A DNA stretch of 64,000 bases, taken from positions 1,536,001-1,600,000 of the forward strand of contig CAWIGG010000002.1 in the NCBI GenBank assembly GCA_963835575.1, written 5' to 3'. Below the pieces are notes generated by a model. That model was given only the letters and a program-made list of their open reading frames with translations. It did not search any database and was not told where the DNA came from. A program made the position numbers and the translations under genes. The first letter of the stretch is position 1; every line of letters begins with the position of its first letter. Positions 40,217-49,143 of the stretch are shown one piece after another. This stretch comes from an uncultured Spirochaetota bacterium. GTDB taxonomy: Bacteria; Spirochaetota; Brevinematia; Brevinematales; JAOACQ01.

Positions 40217-41116
40217 CTATTTTTTGAAGAGTGTCTGCTTCGTTGTTTTATTATACAGCTTGAGGTATTTATTCAAATCTCTCATAAAATACTGGTCTTT
40301 AAAAATGTCTTTGAATGAATAATTTTCAATTTCTTTTGAAAAATCGCCTTCGGTATCGTTAATTTTTTCGCCCACGGTTTTCTGCCAGTTATCATTATTA
40401 AATTCAAAACCGGCCAGTTTTATAACTGTGTTTTTACCATACTTTCCTATCAGATAACGCGTAAATTCCTCAGATTCGGGTATGATAACAATTCTTGTGA
40501 ATATGTTTTCAAGCTCGCTTAAATTAAAATACCTTTCTTCCCTTGAATAAAATTCCTGGATTGACACGAATGTAATCTCTTTTAACAGATAATTGACCGT
40601 ATAGGCATACACCTGCCGCAAATCATCGTCTGATAACTGATATTTCATCAGCACATCATCAATTTCTTTAATTTTAAAAATCTGACTGAATTCATTCGTC
40701 AAAGGTCCATTTTGAAGATTTTTATTATTTTTTAGATCTTTTATTAGATCCGCCCATTCTATTTCAATGACCCCGTATTTCAACAGTTCATTTTTCCAAT
40801 CGGCAAACAGATAAGTCCCTATTGTATAAAAAAAACTGTAATAATCAGAGTTAAACGGTACCCGGAGAGTATTTATCTCTTTTTGATTGACATAAGGATA
40901 AAACCGCAGAAGGGTACTGTCAATAAACGGTACGAGCTTCAAAGCGTTTTCTTTATCTCCGGAATAAGCGACCTCCAATATCGGCATTGAACTCTCATCC
41001 CGGCAAACAATGATTTTTTGATTTCCGCTGACATTATCCTTCTCAATATTGAAGCTGTTGCGGGAACAGGCGAAGAAAAAAGCACATAAAAGAAATAAAA
41101 CAATCCGTTTTTTCAT
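40217..41116 (-). CDS. Hypothetical lipoprotein
   Basis: MKKRIVLFLLCAFFFAC lipobox-like signal; co-oriented with sppA. Confidence 0.6.
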   Translation of the reverse strand: MKKRIVLFLLCAFFFACSRNSFNIEKDNVSGNQKIIVCRDESSMPILEVAYSGDKENALKLVPFIDSTLLRFYPYVNQKEINTLRVPFNSDYYSFFYTIGTYLFADWKNELLKYGVIEIEWADLIKDLKNNKNLQNGPLTNEFSQIFKIKEIDDVLMKYQLSDDDLRQVYAYTVNYLLKEITFVSIQEFYSREERYFNLSELENIFTRIVIIPESEEFTRYLIGKYGKNTVIKLAGFEFNNDNWQKTVGEKINDTEGDFSKEIENYSFKDIFKDQYFMRDLNKYLKLYNKTTKQTLFKK

Positions 41117-41409
41117 TTCCTGTTTCCTCACTGGTTTTAATACATAATCATTTTAAAACGGTTTTTGAATTATATCAAATCCTTTCTTTAGTTAATATCC
41201 CTCATCAGTTTGTTTGTTTCCAGGGTAGGGCCGGACAAACTTGTGAGGGATAAAAGGAATAAGCTGAAATTGGTTAAATATTTTATACATAAGCAATTGT
41301 ATAACTTTGCTTCTTTGTTTCGGCATATTTTATTATTTAAAATTATTACTGGACTTTTAGGCATATCGTAATTAAAATGTATATTATAATCTAAATTCAG
41401 GAGCTTCAA

Positions 41410-42618
41410 ATGAAGAATAATGCCTCCATTATACCTCAGGTAATTAGATATCACCCTCTGGTCGGGTTAGAGCTTATGAAAGGTTTTTCCTCTTTAAATA
41501 GAGCCCGTTTTATCGACTACCGCTTCGGCAATGGAAAATCCAGCGTCATTCCCCTCATCACTTTTAAGATCACCCCGCTCTGCAACCTTCATTGCGTTAT
41601 GTGCGGGCAGAACGGCGTGAAAGGAACTCTCAAAGACAGGGCCTCAAAAGAAGCCGAAACCCTTGTCTCTTTGGAAAGATACAAAAAATTAACCGACGAA
41701 GTCGCCGGAAAAACCAATGTGTTTTATATGTGGGGCGGCGAACCGTTTTTGTACCCGGACTTTATGGACCTTGCGGAATATATGGCGAAAAAAGTCCTCT
41801 TTACGGTTAATACAAACGGGACCCACCTTGTCGACAATGCCGAAAGGATCGTGCGTGATAAATGGCACGGCATATTTATTTCACTTGACGCTTTTGAGGA
41901 TGTCAACGACACAATCCGGGGCAAAGGGAATTATCAGAAAGTCATAAACGGTATTGAGGCCATTAACAGGGAAAAGGAAAAACAAAAAGCCACCATGCCG
42001 TACATGGTCATTGTGACAACAGTCAGCAATCTGAACTATAAATACCTGGACAAACTGGCGGCGGCGCTCGCCAATAAAGGCCTTGCATGGCATATCATCA
42101 ACCTGGGGACCTATATTACCGAAGACATAGGTGAAGAGCAGAAAAAATGGTTGAAAGAAAAATTAGGGATTGATCCTGTATACTGGAAGGGATTTACCAG
42201 CGGCTATAATGAAGGCATTAACGGCAATGAATTCTCCAGAATCCTGGACAAGGTCCACAGCTATAAAAACGGCTATCCTATTATTACCGTTCCTGTCATA
42301 AAACCGAATAAGATTGGTATTTACTATTCCGACCTGAAGACCATCGTCAATGACCGCTGTTCGGCGCCATGGTTTTCCGTTAATATAAATTATAACGGGG
42401 ATGTGCATTTCTGCGCGGATTATCCGGATTATATAGTCGGCAATATTAAAAATGACTCCCTGATGAATATTTATAATAATGAAAAAGCCGTCAAATTTAG
42501 AAAGGCTTTGAAAAAGAGCCCCTATGGTCTCTTCCCTGCCTGCAACCGCTGTTATCAGCTGATGCTCTGCGGCCGGAAAAGAGGCAAATTCGCTAAGGCT
42601 TCTTATGCCCGCCAGTAA
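41410..42618 (+). CDS. Radical SAM/SPASM-domain protein
   Basis: CNLHCVMC, GGEP, NTNG; C-terminal CSAPW..GDVHFC..GN..CNRC. Confidence 0.88.
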   Translation: MKNNASIIPQVIRYHPLVGLELMKGFSSLNRARFIDYRFGNGKSSVIPLITFKITPLCNLHCVMCGQNGVKGTLKDRASKEAETLVSLERYKKLTDEVAGKTNVFYMWGGEPFLYPDFMDLAEYMAKKVLFTVNTNGTHLVDNAERIVRDKWHGIFISLDAFEDVNDTIRGKGNYQKVINGIEAINREKEKQKATMPYMVIVTTVSNLNYKYLDKLAAALANKGLAWHIINLGTYITEDIGEEQKKWLKEKLGIDPVYWKGFTSGYNEGINGNEFSRILDKVHSYKNGYPIITVPVIKPNKIGIYYSDLKTIVNDRCSAPWFSVNINYNGDVHFCADYPDYIVGNIKNDSLMNIYNNEKAVKFRKALKKSPYGLFPACNRCYQLMLCGRKRGKFAKASYARQ

Positions 42619-43408
42619 GAAGCTTAAAAAAGAAATGAATGATCCAGGCCGCAAATACAGGCGGTATAAGTCTGCCTATATAATATAATAAGCGGTACTG
42701 AAATCCGGCTGTAATAAAAGCCCTTTTCCTGAACAACCCTTTTAATCCTATGCGCGCGATCTTTTCGGCTGTCATTCCGCTCTTCTCTGAGAATTTTTTG
42801 AACGCGGCGCTTGTAATCCCGGCGTTTTTATCAAAATTAGTTTTGACAAAGCCCGGCAGGAGGCATGTCACTTCGACATGATCTTTTCTCAGTTCCCTTC
42901 GTAATGCTATTGTATAATTAAAAACATATGTCTTGCCGGCCGCGTAGGATGAAAAGAACGGCGCCGGGTAAAAACCTATACATGAGCCGACGTTCAATAT
43001 CCAGCCGGATTTTCTTTTCCGCATCGATTGACCGAAAAAACTTGAAAGCGCAGTCAGGGCCTGGATATTCAGATTAAGCATAGCTTCGACAACCTGAGGA
43101 TTGGAGCCGGCGCTTTCCCCGAATAATCCGGACCCGGCGTTATTAATTAAAACATCAATATTGATTTTCTTTTTATTGCAGTCCGAATAGAGTTTTTCAG
43201 CCGCTGCCGGCTTTGAAAGGTCATAAGGCAATAGTGAAATCTCCACTCTGTTTTCCTCTGAAAGCTCTCTCTTGATTCTCCGCAGTTTTTCTTTGTTCCG
43301 GCTAACTAAAACCAGGTTGTAATTCCTTTGGGCCAGTAATTTCGCGAATTCATAACCGATCCCTGAGGAAGCCCCGGTTACAAGGGCCGTTAATCTTTTC
43401 TGCATCAC
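42593..43408 (-). CDS. SDR-family oxidoreductase
   Basis: TGASSGIG, NNAG, YAAGK. Confidence 0.9.
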   Translation of the reverse strand: MMQKRLTALVTGASSGIGYEFAKLLAQRNYNLVLVSRNKEKLRRIKRELSEENRVEISLLPYDLSKPAAAEKLYSDCNKKKINIDVLINNAGSGLFGESAGSNPQVVEAMLNLNIQALTALSSFFGQSMRKRKSGWILNVGSCIGFYPAPFFSSYAAGKTYVFNYTIALRRELRKDHVEVTCLLPGFVKTNFDKNAGITSAAFKKFSEKSGMTAEKIARIGLKGLFRKRAFITAGFQYRLLYYIGRLIPPVFAAWIIHFFFKLLTGGHKKP

Positions 43409-43869
43409 CGGTTGTCCAGCATCGCGGTCAGTTCCGCTTCCGCGGCCAGTTCTCCATTGACCCTGGCATATCCTTTAAACCTGGCAAGCTTTGTCGACAA
43501 TTTTAAAACCTCAATTTCGTAATCCAGCCTGTCTCCCGGCATAACCGGCCTTCTGAATTTGGCTTTATCGATCATCATAAAAAGGATTATCTTATCCTTA
43601 ATGCTTCCTGCTTCCCTTTCCTGCAGTTTTAAAGCGATAAAACCGGAGCACTGGGCCATTCCTTCTATTATTAAAACTCCGGGCATAATAGGTTTCCCGG
43701 GAAAATGTCCCTGAAAAAATTCCTCATTCATTGTCACATTTTTATATCCCCTGCCGCCTGTTTCCGTAATTTCCGTCACTTTATCAAGCAGCAGGAATGG
43801 ATAACGGTGAGGGAGATACTTGCTGATCTCAATAACATCATAAACCTTGTTTACTTCAGGTGATGGCAT
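43405..43869 (-). CDS. fabZ: 3-hydroxyacyl-ACP dehydratase
   Basis: LPHRYPFLLLD, FFQGHFP, MPGVLIIEGMAQ. Confidence 0.95.
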   Translation of the reverse strand: MPSPEVNKVYDVIEISKYLPHRYPFLLLDKVTEITETGGRGYKNVTMNEEFFQGHFPGKPIMPGVLIIEGMAQCSGFIALKLQEREAGSIKDKIILFMMIDKAKFRRPVMPGDRLDYEIEVLKLSTKLARFKGYARVNGELAAEAELTAMLDNR

Positions 43870-43978
43870 AAATTACTCCTCATTTTATTATCACTGTTAT
43901 TATTTGCGATTATATCATTAAAATTAAAATGATTACGGAATTAAATTATTTCCGTACTTAAGGGGCATCTTTTCTATT

Positions 43979-44872
43979 TTATAACAATTGGTTCCAGGAT
44001 TTAACTTCAATGCTCTCTTCTATTTTTTTGACAAGACCGGAAATGATATTACCGAAACCGGCCTCAACCGCCTCGGTCACACCCTGTTTTTTTAAAAAAC
44101 GGATTGAGTCAGACCAGAGGACCGGGCTTTTCATCTGCCTGACAAGAAGGTCCCTGACATTCGTTTCATCCTCAAATAAAGCCGTGACATTCGATACAAC
44201 TTTACATTGAGGTTTATTAAAGGGAATATTTTCAATAAACCGGCCGAACTCTTCGGCTGCTTTTACCATTAATTCTGAATGAAAAGCCCCGCTCACAGCA
44301 AGCTTCAGCACTCTTTTTGCCCCGGCTTCTTTCAGTCTCGGTTCTGCAAGATCTATTCCCTCTTTCAAGCCGGATATCACAACCTGACCGGGACTGTTGT
44401 AATTGACAGGCTCCACATATTTTTCCTTAGAAACTTCCCAGCATATCTGTCTGACTTTTTCGTCTTCAAGGCCGAGAACCGCGGCCATCCCGCCTTTTCC
44501 TTCAGGATCCGTGGCGGCCATCAGTTCCCCTCTTTTCCGGACAACCACAAGGGCGTCTTCAAAAGAAAGCATTCCGGCAGCCAATAACGCCGAAAATTCA
44601 CCGAGCGAGTGCCCCGCGGCGAAGTCGGGTTTCAGTCCTTTATTAAATAGAAGCGTCGCCGCTATATGGCTGTATGTTAATATCGCGGGCTGGGCATTCT
44701 GCGTCTTAGTTAATTCCTCTTCAGGACCCTCAAAAGACATGTTGGATAATGAAAATTTCAATATTTCATCCGCTTTTTTATAAATTTCATCGGCGGCCGC
44801 AAATTCCTCGACAAGGTCTTTCCCCATGCCTAATTTTTGTGATCCCTGCCCGGGAAATAAAAATACCCTCAT
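43979..44872 (-). CDS. fabD: Malonyl-CoA:ACP transacylase
   Basis: FPGQGSQ, GHSLGE, VSGAFHS; TTGACA-17-TATCCT upstream (44928-44900). Confidence 0.95.
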   Translation of the reverse strand: MRVFLFPGQGSQKLGMGKDLVEEFAAADEIYKKADEILKFSLSNMSFEGPEEELTKTQNAQPAILTYSHIAATLLFNKGLKPDFAAGHSLGEFSALLAAGMLSFEDALVVVRKRGELMAATDPEGKGGMAAVLGLEDEKVRQICWEVSKEKYVEPVNYNSPGQVVISGLKEGIDLAEPRLKEAGAKRVLKLAVSGAFHSELMVKAAEEFGRFIENIPFNKPQCKVVSNVTALFEDETNVRDLLVRQMKSPVLWSDSIRFLKKQGVTEAVEAGFGNIISGLVKKIEESIEVKSWNQLL

Positions 44873-45188
44873 ACATTACTCCTTAAAATTGAGGATAATA
44901 GGATAAAAGAAATAAGCCTGATTGTCAAATAAACAAACACCTCCGGGAAATTAATATGCTGTCTGATAAGAATAATTATTTTTTTTAATCATCGGAAGCA
45001 TATATAGTTACATCGCCCTGTCTGTGGCCGGCTCCGGCCGCTTAAAACAGACTTTGATTCCATTTACTGAAGTTTATTAAAATACTTTTGCTGCATTTGT
45101 AAAGCTTCCTTTATTTTTTTTCCTTGATAAAAATTATAAAACCTCTTATAATTTCATTACGAGACCGGCATTAAGCAGGGGGGAAATT

Positions 45189-46946
45189 ATGTACCTTCTC
45201 CGGGGCATACCTATTTCAAAAGGGATTGCGATCTGCAGTATACTAATCCGTTATGACGTTACAAAAATGATCCGTTTTTACAGGATTGATGAAGAAGGGG
45301 AAAAGGACAAGGAAATCTCCAAATACCGTAACGCAGCGGAGGAAACAAAAAAAGAAATCAACTTTCTCAAATCGAATAATAACAATCCTCTCAATATCGA
45401 AAATGAAAAGATCGTGGACTATTATGAAATGCTCATCAATGAGGATTTTTTCACAAAAAACGTTGTGGAAAGGATTAAGAGCGATTTCTACCCCGCTGAC
45501 GTGGCCCTTGTCTATGAACTGGACCTTCTGAAAAAACAATTCGATAAACTGGAAGGCGATTATTTTCAAAGCCGTTTTCTGGATTTCAAGGTCCTTGCTG
45601 ACAGGATTATCAGGAAAATGTACGGCGATATTGACCTCTTTTCCGTCAATGAGCCGGTCATTATTGTTGCCGAGGAAGTCTCTCCCGCCGAAGTACTGCA
45701 TATTCCCAAAGAATTTGTCCGGGGTATAGCCACCGAATCCGGCAGCACGACTTCCCATGCCGCGATCATAGTGGAATCACTGGAAATACCTGCGGTTTTC
45801 GGCATCAAGGACATTCTCAATTATGTTAAAAAGAATGATAAGATAATCGTTGACGGATATAAAGGGATCGTCATTGTCAACCCGGATGAAGGAACGATTA
45901 ATGACTACGTACACCTGCAGAACAGCTATAACCTCAAGGAAAAGGAAATATTCAGCGTTGTGAACCTCCCTTCCAAAACAATGGATGACGTAGATGTAAA
46001 GATCTACGCCAATGTATCCAACTCAATGGAACTGAATATCGCCCGCCGCCATGGCGCGGAGGGGATCGGCCTGCTCCGGACAGAACTGGTATTCATTGCC
46101 AATGAGAAATTCCTGAATGAAAACGAGCAGTTTGAACTTTATAAAGAATACCTCCTTCTTTTTCAGGATAAAGAAGTTGTGATCCGCACGCTTGACATGG
46201 GCGGCGATAAATTCATCGGCGACAAAAAGAACAAAGACCCCAATCCATTTCTGGGCTGGCGGTCCATCAGGGTGTTTTTAAAGGAAGTCGAGAAATTTAA
46301 ACAGCAGCTCCGGGCAATCATCCGGGCAAGCGTGTTTAATGATAATATCAAAATCATGATTCCAATGATTTCCAGCGTTGATGAAGTCCGCCGTGTAAAG
46401 GAAATATTTGAGGAATGCGAAGAGGAAATAAAGGAAGAAGGCAAGCCCTTTAAGTACAATATCCCCATCGGTATCATGATCGAAATTCCATCGGCCGCCC
46501 TGCTCTCCAATGTGCTGGCAAAAGAGGTGGATTTTTTCAGCCTCGGCACGAACGATCTTGTCCAGTATACGCTTGCGGTTGACAGGAACAATCAGGTTGT
46601 CGCTGAATATTACCAGCCGCTGAACCCGGCCGTTCTTATGCTGATGCGCCTCACAGTCCGGAACGCGAACCTGAATCACAAACCTGTTTCTGTCTGCGGC
46701 GAAATAGCCAGGAACCCTTTATACATAAGGCTTCTCCTGGGGTTGGGCCTGAGAAACTTCAGCATTAATCCGACTTATATCCCGCTTGTAAAATCAATCA
46801 TTTTAAAATCTAAAATCTCGGAAGCGAATGAGCTCTGGAAAACAGCCCGGAAAATGAGCACCGCGGCTGAAATTGAGGCGCTTCTGAAAGATGACCTGAA
46901 AAAGAATTTCCCGGATATTTACGAATCCTATTTCTATGATGAATAA
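45189..46946 (+). CDS. ptsI: PEP-protein phosphotransferase (PTS enzyme I)
   Basis: TSHAAI phospho-His, GLLRTE, RTLDMGGDK, NPFLGWR, GTNDLVQY, CGE. Confidence 0.93.
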   Translation: MYLLRGIPISKGIAICSILIRYDVTKMIRFYRIDEEGEKDKEISKYRNAAEETKKEINFLKSNNNNPLNIENEKIVDYYEMLINEDFFTKNVVERIKSDFYPADVALVYELDLLKKQFDKLEGDYFQSRFLDFKVLADRIIRKMYGDIDLFSVNEPVIIVAEEVSPAEVLHIPKEFVRGIATESGSTTSHAAIIVESLEIPAVFGIKDILNYVKKNDKIIVDGYKGIVIVNPDEGTINDYVHLQNSYNLKEKEIFSVVNLPSKTMDDVDVKIYANVSNSMELNIARRHGAEGIGLLRTELVFIANEKFLNENEQFELYKEYLLLFQDKEVVIRTLDMGGDKFIGDKKNKDPNPFLGWRSIRVFLKEVEKFKQQLRAIIRASVFNDNIKIMIPMISSVDEVRRVKEIFEECEEEIKEEGKPFKYNIPIGIMIEIPSAALLSNVLAKEVDFFSLGTNDLVQYTLAVDRNNQVVAEYYQPLNPAVLMLMRLTVRNANLNHKPVSVCGEIARNPLYIRLLLGLGLRNFSINPTYIPLVKSIILKSKISEANELWKTARKMSTAAEIEALLKDDLKKNFPDIYESYFYDE

Positions 46947-46968
46947 GTGAAGGATAAGAAATGTTTTT

Positions 46969-47829
46969 ATGAATAATAATGATACCGCTGTTCTTCTCCT
47001 TTCATGTCCCGATAAAAGAGGAATAGTGGCGGAAATTTCCAGTTTTATTTATCAATATAACGGAAATATCATTCATTCCGACCAGCATACAGACCATGAA
47101 AGCAATACTTTTTTTATGCGGATCGAATGGGAGCTTGAAGGCTTTCAGATAAAAAAAGAAAAAATCCGCAGCGCTTTCAGTTTTATCGCCGGCAAATTCT
47201 CCATGAATTGGGAACTGCATTTCTCCAATACTGTTCCCCGAATGGCAGTCTTCGTTTCCAGCCTGGACCATTGCCTCTATGATATTCTATTAAAGAATAA
47301 ATCCGGCGAGATCAGGGCGAAAATTCCAATTATCATCAGCAATCATACCGAGCTGAAGCCCATTGCGGATTATTTCGGGATCGAATTTAAAGTGTTCCCG
47401 ATTAATGCGGACAGCAGGGAAGCTGTGGAAAAAAAAGAGATTGAGCTCCTGAAGAAATTGAAAATAGACCTGATCGTACTTGCCCGGTATATGCAGATAC
47501 TCAGCGGCGGATTTATCAGGCAATATCCGAATAAAATCATCAATATCCACCATTCCTTTTTACCCGCTTTTGTCGGAGCCAAGCCTTATCACCAGGCCTA
47601 CAGAAGGGGCGTAAAAGTAATCGGTGCCACAAGCCATTATGTAACGGAAGAGCTGGATAACGGCCCGATCATTGAACAGGATGTAATACACGTCAGCCAC
47701 CGCGATTCTCTTTCGGATTTTATGCAGAAAGGAAAAGAACTCGAAAAAATTGTCCTGTCGCGGGCTGTAAAATACCACCTGGAAAATAAGACGCTTGTTT
47801 TCGGTAATAAAACCGTGGTTTTTGACTGA
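46969..47829 (+). CDS. purU: Formyltetrahydrofolate deformylase
   Basis: CPDKRGIVA ACT, LARYMQILS, NIHHSFLPAF, GATSHYVT. Confidence 0.95.
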   Translation: MNNNDTAVLLLSCPDKRGIVAEISSFIYQYNGNIIHSDQHTDHESNTFFMRIEWELEGFQIKKEKIRSAFSFIAGKFSMNWELHFSNTVPRMAVFVSSLDHCLYDILLKNKSGEIRAKIPIIISNHTELKPIADYFGIEFKVFPINADSREAVEKKEIELLKKLKIDLIVLARYMQILSGGFIRQYPNKIINIHHSFLPAFVGAKPYHQAYRRGVKVIGATSHYVTEELDNGPIIEQDVIHVSHRDSLSDFMQKGKELEKIVLSRAVKYHLENKTLVFGNKTVVFD

Positions 47830-47840
47830 ACGGAGATCTT

Positions 47841-48473
47841 ATGAAAAGAATAGTATCCATTAAAATCCTTATTATAGACGACAGCACAGTGGCGCGTAAA
47901 AGCATTAAGGAAAATCTGAGAAATTTTAACATTGAATTTGTTGAGGCCGCCGACGGGGAAAACGGATTCGCCCAGGCGATAACCTCCCTCCCTGACCTGA
48001 TATTGCTCGACTTGAACCTGCCCGACACTCATGGTTTTGAAGTGCTCAAAAAGTTACGGGGCCACCCTACGACAGCCCATATACCTGTCATAATCACCAC
48101 AGTCAGCAGAGTGGCAAAGGATGTCGAGGAAGCGCACATCTCCGGGGCCCAATCCTACATTCTCAAGCCTGTTGAACCCGGCATGCTCCTCAGTAAAATA
48201 CTCAAAATATTGAATATAAATGAATCGGAAATAGCTTCCCGAACCATTGACAGCGCTCAGGCCGGCGCCGAAGCTTCAAAAAAAGCTTCCGCCCAGACCT
48301 CATCTTTTCAGAAAATCGAGGCGGCGGATTTAAAACCGGAAATGGAACTGGGGCTTCCCATTCTATCGCCCGCAGGCAATATTCTTTTTAAAGCGGGTAC
48401 GGTCCTGGACGGGAATAAAATTCAAATAATCTTAAAAGAGAATATTAAAATAGCCTTCATCAAACCGCGGTAA
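47841..48473 (+). CDS. Response regulator (REC plus small C-terminal domain)
   Basis: IIDDS, LLDLNLP, YILKP. Confidence 0.85.
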   Translation: MKRIVSIKILIIDDSTVARKSIKENLRNFNIEFVEAADGENGFAQAITSLPDLILLDLNLPDTHGFEVLKKLRGHPTTAHIPVIITTVSRVAKDVEEAHISGAQSYILKPVEPGMLLSKILKILNINESEIASRTIDSAQAGAEASKKASAQTSSFQKIEAADLKPEMELGLPILSPAGNILFKAGTVLDGNKIQIILKENIKIAFIKPR

Positions 48474-48619
48474 GAAATTCTGGCTCATCCGACTAAAGCG
48501 AATATCATTTAAAAAGTTATAATTAACAGGAAGGTGTCCTTCACGCTGTTCAGGACCGGATCCGTCAGGAAGAGAGATGGAATTATTACATAGAGTTTGT
48601 TGAATATTTAGAATTTCAG

Positions 48620-48783
48620 TACAAAAGCCGTCATTGCGAGCACCCGGTTTTTTCCTTTGCCGCCGAATTCAGTGCGAAGCAATCTGTTAACTCATTAAGC
48701 CATCTTTATTTGCAGACAGATTGCTTCGCGCTATAATCAGTACCATAGTACAGTGCCGGACGCTCGCAATGACGGCTTTTGTA
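48620..48783. repeat. Nested palindromic element of GTCATTGCGAG...CGAAGCAATCT type
   Basis: 22-bp perfect outer inverted repeat (48620-48641/48762-48783) and 14-bp inner inverted repeat GCGAAGCAATCTGT/ACAGATTGCTTCGC (48674-48687/48716-48729). Confidence 0.85.
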
Positions 48784-49143
48784 TTAAACGCAATAATAAT
48801 CATTACTGAACAAGTATTTCCCGCCGAAGTAGCCTCTCCTGTGTTGGACTGGCCAATGATGCTGTTGATTATATTCTTGCCGCTGAAATTATGACAGAGG
48901 AATTTCATCGTATTGTCAGTAACGTATTGTTCAGCATAATCTGCCCTGATATATCGGCGTCTTCATAATGAATCACCCGCATAAAACTTTTTTTTATAAC
49001 ATACCGATAAATATTCACAAGTAAAGCGTTTTGTGGTATAATATAGAAAAGGAATAATTAAAAAGCACCGGTAAAATTCCTCCAAAATCTTCCGAATCGA
49101 AAAGGTATAACACTAAACAAGAAAATAAGCGCTTAATTCAGAT

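Noticed and set aside
48830..48968. Short frame ..ANDAVDYILAAEIMTEEF.. as a CheB C-terminal remnant
   Set aside because: Similarity too short and weak to support without a search
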